Shown in pieces: positions 58,003-64,000 of a stretch of DNA of 64,000 nucleotides; position 1 is the stretch's first letter; each line of letters begins with the position of its first letter. The notes below the pieces were generated by a model. It saw only the letters and a program-made list of their open reading frames with translations, had not been told where the DNA came from and did not search any database. The DNA lies in contig DASYXA010000089.1 in the NCBI GenBank assembly GCA_035935465.1, positions 9,692 through 73,691 of the forward strand, read 5' to 3'. A program made the translations under genes and the position numbers. The stretch is from Candidatus Limnocylindria bacterium. GTDB taxonomy: Bacteria > Chloroflexota > Limnocylindria > P2-11E.

Positions 58003-59478
58003 GTGAGGCGCCTTTCCGCGGGCGGGCTGGTCTGGGCAGGATTCGACGGACCTGCCGTTCCCGGGCCGTTGCTCGACGGCATCGCGCGCGGGCGGATCGG
58101 CGGCCTCCTCCTGTTCGCGTATCGCGGCAACCTCCGTTCGCGCGACGCGGTCCGCGGCATGCTCCGCGAGGCCGCGGACGCGGCGCGGCGCGGCGGCCTG
58201 CCGCCGGTCCCGGTGGGCGTCGATCAAGAAGGTGGCGCCGTCGTGCGCATCGGGTACGGCGCGGTGTTCCCGAGCGCGTTGGCCATCGCCGCGACCGGCG
58301 ATCCCGCGAACGCGGAGCGGGTGGCCGGCGCGGTCGCCCGCGGCCTGCGCGCCGACGGCATCGCGATGAACCACGCCCCGGTGTGCGACGTGAACGTCGA
58401 GCCGCGCAACCCGGTGATCGGCACGCGCTCGTTCGGGGACGAAGCGAGCGATGTCGCGCGCTACTGCGCGGCGTGGGTGCGGGGCTCCGAGGCAGCGGGG
58501 GTCGCCACGTCGCCGAAGCACTTCCCGGGTCACGGCGCGACGGGATACGACACGCACCACACGACGGTCGATGTCCCGGCCGACCGCGCGGTCCTCGAGG
58601 CGCGCGAGCTCGTCCCGTTCCGCGCTGCGTTCGCCGCGGGCGCGACGTCGGTCATGACCGCGCACATCCGCTACCCGGCGCTGGACGACGGGAATATCGC
58701 GACGCTCTCGCCGCGGATCCTGGGCGACCTGCTCCGCCGGGAGCTCGGCTTCGGCGGCCTCGCGGTCACGGATTCGCTCGACATGTCCGGCCTGACCCAG
58801 GTGGAGACGCCCGAACGCGTGGCGGCGCGTGCGGTGAACGCGGGGATCGACGCGGTGATGGTGACGAGCGGCCTGGACCGGCAGCTCGAAACGTCCGAGC
58901 ATCTCGCGCTCGGTGTAGCGCCCGCGCGCCTGCGCGAGGCGCTCGTCCGCGCGGCGGCATTCCGCGAACGCTTCGGGATCGAGGTACCCGACGCGCCGTT
59001 CGACGACGCGCCGGGACGCGCGCTGGCGCTCGAGGTCGCGGCCGCCTCGATCACGCACGTCGGCCCCCCGCTGCCCCCGCTCGGCGGACCGATCCGGGTC
59101 GTCCTGCTGCCGTCCGGGCGGCGATCACCGGTGGAGGAGCTCGCGCAGCCCGAGGCGGACTTCGAGAACGCGTTGCGCGAGCGCCTCGGATCGAAGGTCG
59201 CGTTCTCGGCGGAGGGCGGCGCGCCGGATGGCGAGGGGCCGCTCGTCGTGTGCACGTCGAGCGCGTGCTTCGATCCCGCGCAGGCCGAGCGCGCACGGGC
59301 GCTCCTCGCGGGCGGCGGCATGCTCTGCGCGCTGCGCAGCCCCTACGACGCGTCGCTCGTCCCGGGAGTGCCGGCGCTCCTCACCTACGGCGATGTCCCC
59401 GTGTCGCTGGCCGCGCTCGCCGACGTGCTGGCCGGGCGCGCACCGCTGCGCGGGATCCTGCCGGTCCGCCTGCCGTGA
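58003..59478 (+). CDS. nagZ: Beta-N-acetylhexosaminidase, GH3 (NagZ-like, cytoplasmic)
   Basis: GVDQEGGAVVR ... KHFPGHGATGYDTHH ... TDSLDMSG. GTG at 58003. Confidence 0.8.
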   Translation: MRRLSAGGLVWAGFDGPAVPGPLLDGIARGRIGGLLLFAYRGNLRSRDAVRGMLREAADAARRGGLPPVPVGVDQEGGAVVRIGYGAVFPSALAIAATGDPANAERVAGAVARGLRADGIAMNHAPVCDVNVEPRNPVIGTRSFGDEASDVARYCAAWVRGSEAAGVATSPKHFPGHGATGYDTHHTTVDVPADRAVLEARELVPFRAAFAAGATSVMTAHIRYPALDDGNIATLSPRILGDLLRRELGFGGLAVTDSLDMSGLTQVETPERVAARAVNAGIDAVMVTSGLDRQLETSEHLALGVAPARLREALVRAAAFRERFGIEVPDAPFDDAPGRALALEVAAASITHVGPPLPPLGGPIRVVLLPSGRRSPVEELAQPEADFENALRERLGSKVAFSAEGGAPDGEGPLVVCTSSACFDPAQAERARALLAGGGMLCALRSPYDASLVPGVPALLTYGDVPVSLAALADVLAGRAPLRGILPVRLP

Positions 59479-61172
59479 ACCGGCGACGTCTGCTCGCCCG
59501 GACCGCGGCGGCCGCCGCGCTCGCGGCATGCACCCCGTTCCAGAGCCATCCGATCGGCACGATCGGCGGATCCCGCGCGGACCGGATGCTCGCCGGCATG
59601 TCGCCGGCGGCGCGGGCCGGCCAGCTGATGAGCGTCGCGTTCCGCGGCACGAAGATCACGCCGGCCCTCGAGGCGATGATCCGCGGCCGGAGCGTCGGCG
59701 GCGTGATCCTCTACGCGGAGAACTTCGACGGCGACGCGGCGCGGCTGAAGGCGCTCATCGCCGACCTGTCGCGCATCGCGGCCGAGGCCACGGTCGTGCC
59801 GCTGTTCTTCTCGATCGACCAGGAGGGTGGCGCGGTCGTCCGCATCGGGCGCGGCGCGACCATCCTGCCCGGGAACATGGCCCTGGCCGCGACGCCCGAT
59901 CCGGCCGACAGCGTGCGCAAGGCCGTCGCGATCACCGCGCGCGACCTGCGCGCCCTCGGCGTGAACTTCGAGCTCGCGCCGGACGCCGACGTGAACAACG
60001 AGCCGCGCAACCCGATCATCCTCAACCGCTCGTTCGGCTCCGACCCGCAGCGCGTCGCCTCGCTCGTGACGGTCGCGACGAACGCGTTCGCCGACGCGAA
60101 GCTCTTGTGCTGCGTCAAGCACTTCCCCGGCCACGGCGCGACGACGACCGATTCGCACACCGGCCTTCCGCTGCTGGACGTCGACCGCGCACGCCTCGAC
60201 GCGGTCGAGCTCGTGCCGTTCAGGGCCGCGATCGCCGCGGGCACCCCCGCGATCATGAGCGCGCACATCCGGATCCCGGCGCTCGACCCGACGCCGGACG
60301 TCCCGGTGACGCTCTCCCGACGGGTCATGACCGGCCTCATCCGCACGGAGCTCGGCTTCGGCGGCCTGCTCGTCACCGACGACCTCGAGATGGGCGCGCT
60401 CACGCAGACCCGATCCGAGTCACAGGCCGGCTACGACGCGTTCCTCGCCGGTGCGGATCTCCTGCTGTTCCGGTTCGACGAGAGCGCGCAGACCGACGCG
60501 CACGACCGGCTGACGCGAAGCATCACCACGGACCAGACGGCCCTGACGCGATCCGGCGATTCGGTCGGACGGATCCTCGCGGTCAAGGAGCGGTTCGGGA
60601 TCCTCGATGCCTCGGCGCCGAGCGGGACCGCCGGGAGCGACGCGGACCGCGCGACGGCCGACGAGCTCGCGCGTGCGAGCATCACCGTCCTGCGCGCCGG
60701 CGGACTCCCGCTGCGGGGACGGATCTTCGCCGTCTCGCCGCTCGACCCCGACATCGCGCTCGTGGCGGATCAGCCCTCGCTCGGCCAGGTGCTCGCGCAG
60801 CGCCTGCCGAACGTCACGACGCAGACGATCACCCTGTCGCCCAGCCGGTCGGACATCGATCGCGCGGTCGCGTCCGCGCGCGCGGCGGACGTCGTGGTCC
60901 TGGGCGCGGCCGATCTGTTCTCGTATCCGCAGCAGGCGACGCTCGCGAGGGCGCTGCAAGCCGTGAAGCCGACGGTGCTGGTGTCGCTCCGCTCGCCCTA
61001 CGACATCCTGAGCGCGCCGTCGGTCGCGGGCTACGTGTGCGCCTACACCGGGCGCGAGCCGACGCTCCGCGCGCTGGCCGGCGTCCTGTCCGGATCGCGG
61101 GCACCGACAGGCACCCTGCCGGTCGACGTCCCCGGTGCCTACCGTATCGGCGACGGGATGAAGCGGCTCTGA
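59475..61172 (+). CDS. Secreted GH3 beta-N-acetylhexosaminidase-like lipoprotein (Tat signal) with a C-terminal alpha/beta domain
   Basis: (M)NRRRLLARTAAAAALAACTP, then SIDQEGGAVVR, KHFPGHGATTTDSH and TDDLEMGA. GTG at 59475 overlaps the nagZ TGA as GTGA. Confidence 0.75.
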   Translation: MNRRRLLARTAAAAALAACTPFQSHPIGTIGGSRADRMLAGMSPAARAGQLMSVAFRGTKITPALEAMIRGRSVGGVILYAENFDGDAARLKALIADLSRIAAEATVVPLFFSIDQEGGAVVRIGRGATILPGNMALAATPDPADSVRKAVAITARDLRALGVNFELAPDADVNNEPRNPIILNRSFGSDPQRVASLVTVATNAFADAKLLCCVKHFPGHGATTTDSHTGLPLLDVDRARLDAVELVPFRAAIAAGTPAIMSAHIRIPALDPTPDVPVTLSRRVMTGLIRTELGFGGLLVTDDLEMGALTQTRSESQAGYDAFLAGADLLLFRFDESAQTDAHDRLTRSITTDQTALTRSGDSVGRILAVKERFGILDASAPSGTAGSDADRATADELARASITVLRAGGLPLRGRIFAVSPLDPDIALVADQPSLGQVLAQRLPNVTTQTITLSPSRSDIDRAVASARAADVVVLGAADLFSYPQQATLARALQAVKPTVLVSLRSPYDILSAPSVAGYVCAYTGREPTLRALAGVLSGSRAPTGTLPVDVPGAYRIGDGMKRL

Positions 61173-62197
61173 GCCTCGAGCGGGTCAAGACGGTCGTCGA
61201 CGCGGCGGCGGGCACGCTGTTCACCGCGTGCGTCGTGCGCATCGAGCGCGCCGGCGGCGCCGAGACGTATGCGGCCGGCACGCTGTGCCCGGATCCGGAC
61301 GCGCCACCCGACGCCCCGTGCACCGCGAGCGCGATCTTCGATCTCGCGTCGCTGACGAAGCTCGCGACGACCGCGCTGGTCCTCTCGTTCGTCCGCGAGC
61401 GCGCGCTCTCGCTCGAGACCCCGCTGCGAGCGCTCGTGCCCGACTTCCGCGGCGGCCGCAAGGACGAGGTCACGCTGCGGCATGTGCTCCTGCACACCGC
61501 GGGGCTCACGTGGTGGCTGCCCCTCTGGGCGGAGAGCCACTCGATCGAGGAGGCCGTCTGGCGCGCGGCCCAGGAGCCGCTCGCGCAGGATCTCGGCACG
61601 TATGTCTACAGCGACCTCGGGTACATCATGCTGACCGGCGGCCTCGCGACCGTGGGCGGCGGCGGATTCGACGCCCTCGTCGCCGAGCGTGTGATCGGCC
61701 CGGTCGAGGCAGCGACGCTGCGCTTCCCGCCCGAGGCGCCGACCGCCTGTGCCGCGACCGAGCTCGACCCATCGCTCGGGCGCGGCCGGATCCGCGGCAC
61801 GGTACACGACGAGAATGCCCATGCCATGGGCGGCATCGCCGGCCACGCCGGCCTGTTCGGCACGGCGGCGGACGTCGCGGCGCTCGCGCGGATCTTCCGC
61901 GACGGCGCCGTCATCGGCAACGACCTCGCGGCGCTCGCCCGCACGGAGCACGCGAAGGGCGACAACGTCCGTCGCGGCCTCGGCCTGGCGCTCCGCGCGC
62001 CGGTCGGCCCGCTGACGAGCGAGCGCTGGAGTCGCGAGAGCTACGGCCACACCGGCTTCACCGGCACATCGCTCTGGATCGATCCCGTGAACGACCTCAC
62101 CGTCGTGCTCCTGACGAACCGCGTGTACTTCGGCCGCGCGAACGACGACGCGATGTACCGCTTCCGCATCGCGGTGCACGAGGCGGCGGCCTCGTGA
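61169..62197 (+). CDS. Beta-lactamase-fold serine hydrolase (EstB/AmpH-like)
   Basis: ASLTK (SxxK) ... YSDLGY ... HTGFTG. CTG at 61169 overlaps the GH3 TGA as CTGA and gives (M)SLERVKTVVDAAAGTLFTACVVRIERAGG, which fits the family N-terminus. GTG at 61235 is the alternative. Confidence 0.7.
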   Translation: MSLERVKTVVDAAAGTLFTACVVRIERAGGAETYAAGTLCPDPDAPPDAPCTASAIFDLASLTKLATTALVLSFVRERALSLETPLRALVPDFRGGRKDEVTLRHVLLHTAGLTWWLPLWAESHSIEEAVWRAAQEPLAQDLGTYVYSDLGYIMLTGGLATVGGGGFDALVAERVIGPVEAATLRFPPEAPTACAATELDPSLGRGRIRGTVHDENAHAMGGIAGHAGLFGTAADVAALARIFRDGAVIGNDLAALARTEHAKGDNVRRGLGLALRAPVGPLTSERWSRESYGHTGFTGTSLWIDPVNDLTVVLLTNRVYFGRANDDAMYRFRIAVHEAAAS

Positions 62198-63282
62198 TCG
62201 CGATCGGGATCATGTCCGGCACCTCGGCCGACGGGATCGACGCGGCCGCGGTCGAGATCGGCGAGGGCGCGCGACCGACGGTCACGCTCCTCGCGCACGC
62301 CGCGCGGGACCACCCCGACAGCCTGCGCTACCGGATCCTCGCCGCGGGGTCCGGCGCCCCACTGCCGGCGCACGACATCGCGGTCCTGCGGGCCGAGCTC
62401 GGCGACGCGTACGCGGCGATCGCGCGCGAGATCGTGACCGCGATCGGACGGCGGCCGGCCTGCGTCGCCGTTCACGGCCAGACGATCGCCCACTACCCGG
62501 CCGAGCACGCGACCCTCCAGATCGGCGACGCGTCGCGCGCCGCGCTCGCACTCGGCGTACCGGCCATCGACGACTTCCGCAGTGCCGACGTCGCGCTCGG
62601 CGGCCAGGGCGCGCCGCTCGTACCGTTCGCCGACCACCTGCTGTTCGCGCCGCTCGCCCCGGTCGCGGTGCTCAACCTCGGCGGCATCGCGAACGTCACG
62701 CTCATCCCGACCGAGCGCGCGGAGGACGTGACCGCGTTCGACACCGGGCCGGGGAACATGATCATCGACCAGCTCGCGCGCAGGGGCGGCAACGAGCTCG
62801 ATCGCGACGGCGCGGCGGCCGCACGCGGGCGCGTGCACGGCGCGGCACTCACGAACGCGCTCGCGCATCCGTACTTCGCACGACGTGCGCCGAAGTCCAC
62901 CGGCCGCGAGGAGTTCGGTGCGCCGTTCGCGAAGCAGCTCCTCTCGGACGTGCAGGCAGCCGGCGGATCCCTCGACGACGCGATCGCGACCGCGACCGCG
63001 CTCAGCGTCGAGAGCGTCGCACGCGCGCTCGACGGTGGGGAGTGGCGCGAGCTCATCGTCGCCGGCGGCGGAGCCCGCAACGCGACGCTCGTCGCGCGGC
63101 TGCGGGAGCGCACGAAGCTCGCGATCCGGACGACCGACGAGCTCGGGATCCCGGCCGAGGCGCGCGAGGCGGTCGCATTCGCGATCCTCGGCGCCTACCG
63201 CCTGCGCGGCGAGCCGAACACTCTGCCGCGGTGCACCGGCGCAGCGCGCGCGGTCTCGGCAGGCGCCATCCATCACCCGTGA
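62194..63282 (+). CDS. anmK: Anhydro-N-acetylmuramic acid kinase
   Basis: (M)IAIGIMSGTSADGIDAAAVEI. GTG at 62194 overlaps the hydrolase TGA as GTGA. Confidence 0.85.
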   Translation: MIAIGIMSGTSADGIDAAAVEIGEGARPTVTLLAHAARDHPDSLRYRILAAGSGAPLPAHDIAVLRAELGDAYAAIAREIVTAIGRRPACVAVHGQTIAHYPAEHATLQIGDASRAALALGVPAIDDFRSADVALGGQGAPLVPFADHLLFAPLAPVAVLNLGGIANVTLIPTERAEDVTAFDTGPGNMIIDQLARRGGNELDRDGAAAARGRVHGAALTNALAHPYFARRAPKSTGREEFGAPFAKQLLSDVQAAGGSLDDAIATATALSVESVARALDGGEWRELIVAGGGARNATLVARLRERTKLAIRTTDELGIPAEAREAVAFAILGAYRLRGEPNTLPRCTGAARAVSAGAIHHP

Positions 63283-63301
63283 CGCCGCCATACTCCCGGT
63301 G

Positions 63302-64000
63302 GTGAACGACCTCGTCGTCGGGATGGATGCCGGCGGGACGAAGACCCGCGCGTTCGCGCTGACCCGCGGCGGCGAGATCGTCGGCCGCGGCGCCGGCGGC
63401 GGCGCGAACCTGCTCTCGTCCCCCGACCCGCAGGGCTCCATCGCCGCGGCGCTCCGCGAAGCGCTCGCGGGACGGATCCCCGACGCGGTCGTGCTCTCGT
63501 GCGCCGGCGGCGAGCGGGAGGCCGATCGCGCGAAGGGCCGGGCGATCCTGGCCGCCCTCCTCGGGCCGGACGTCTCGGTCGAGGTGACGCACGACGCCAA
63601 GGCCGCGCTGTACGCGGGCAACCCCGCGGGCTGCGGCGTCGTTCTCATCAGCGGCACCGGCTCGATCGCGTATGGCCGCAACGATCAGGGCGCCGAGGCG
63701 CGCTGCGGCGGCTGGGGCTATCTCGTCGGCGACGAGGGCTCGGCCGTGTGGATCGGGCAGGAGGGCCTGCGCGCCGCGTCCTACGACCACGACCGGCGCG
63801 GATCGCCGACCCGGATCACGCGGCACCTGTTCGACGATCTCGGCGTCGCCGACTTCAACGGCCTGCTGCCGCTGTTGTACGGCAAGCCGCACCCATCACC
63901 GGCGATCCTCGCCGCGACGCGCGCGGTCGCGCGGGCGTTCGCGGAGGACGACGCGATCGCGGTGAACGTCGTCCAGCGCGGCGCGCGATCGCTCGCGGAC
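63302..64000 (+). CDS. BadF/BadG/BcrA/BcrD-type ATPase (N-acetylglucosamine-kinase-like), 3'-truncated by the window end
   Basis: (M)NDLVVGMDAGGTKTRAFAL...ISGTGSIAYG...GGWGYLVGDEGSAVWIG. GTG at 63302; the product runs to the end of the window. Confidence 0.65.
   Translation, partial: MNDLVVGMDAGGTKTRAFALTRGGEIVGRGAGGGANLLSSPDPQGSIAAALREALAGRIPDAVVLSCAGGEREADRAKGRAILAALLGPDVSVEVTHDAKAALYAGNPAGCGVVLISGTGSIAYGRNDQGAEARCGGWGYLVGDEGSAVWIGQEGLRAASYDHDRRGSPTRITRHLFDDLGVADFNGLLPLLYGKPHPSPAILAATRAVARAFAEDDAIAVNVVQRGARSLAD

Overview
This is a gene-dense chromosomal core window of about 72% GC with roughly 70 genes. The conserved prmC–tsaC–rpiB–glyA–upp–wecA order, a complete F1Fo ATP synthase operon and an mreB gene together suggest an actinobacterial-type genome (Thermoleophilia/Rubrobacteria-like); this is a guess. 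Because of the GC content the six-frame track is full of long antisense and off-frame ORFs, so genes were called by family-level recognition of the translated product. Starts were checked against the nucleotide sequence where possible.

Main contents:
- A cell-envelope glycan cluster (GT-C/ArnT-like membrane glycosyltransferase, UPF0104 flippase-like membrane protein, PHP phosphoesterase, GT4, WecB/TagA) with mreB alongside.
- A putative iron-uptake locus: an FTR1-family permease, a paralogous small lipoprotein and a divergent DtxR/IdeR-family repressor gene, with tandem TTAGG-N4-CCTAA palindromes in the intergenic region and a HicB–DinB_2 fusion gene downstream of the regulator.
- The ATP synthase operon atpZ-BEFHAGDC, preceded by corA, a SAM methyltransferase, an orphan receiver domain, a DUF3052 protein and an NYN-domain protein.
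- A long minus-strand housekeeping operon (tsaC–rpiB–glyA–upp–wecA–DUF72–S9 peptidase) that ends at a clear intrinsic terminator.
- prmC divergent from a threonine dehydratase gene, then yjbQ, tldD/pmbA and uppP.
- NAPRTase, a TauE exporter, an isoaspartyl peptidase and a lipid-oxidation operon (ubiE, an acyl-CoA dehydrogenase, fadD, a GMC oxidoreductase).
- A second S9 peptidase, a membrane-anchored sulfite-oxidase-family molybdoenzyme, and a peptidoglycan-recycling cluster (MarR, NagZ, a secreted GH3, a serine hydrolase, AnmK, a GlcNAc-kinase-like ATPase).

No tRNA, rRNA, CRISPR array or mobile element was seen. No recognisable defence-system architecture was found.

The most unusual signal is a recurrence. 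At least six conserved genes have no ATG/GTG/TTG at the point where their homologues start. Each has a CTG there instead (one case has an ATA/ATC). Three times that CTG overlaps the upstream gene's TGA stop as CTGA. upp and uppP share a near-identical 15-mer at this position.
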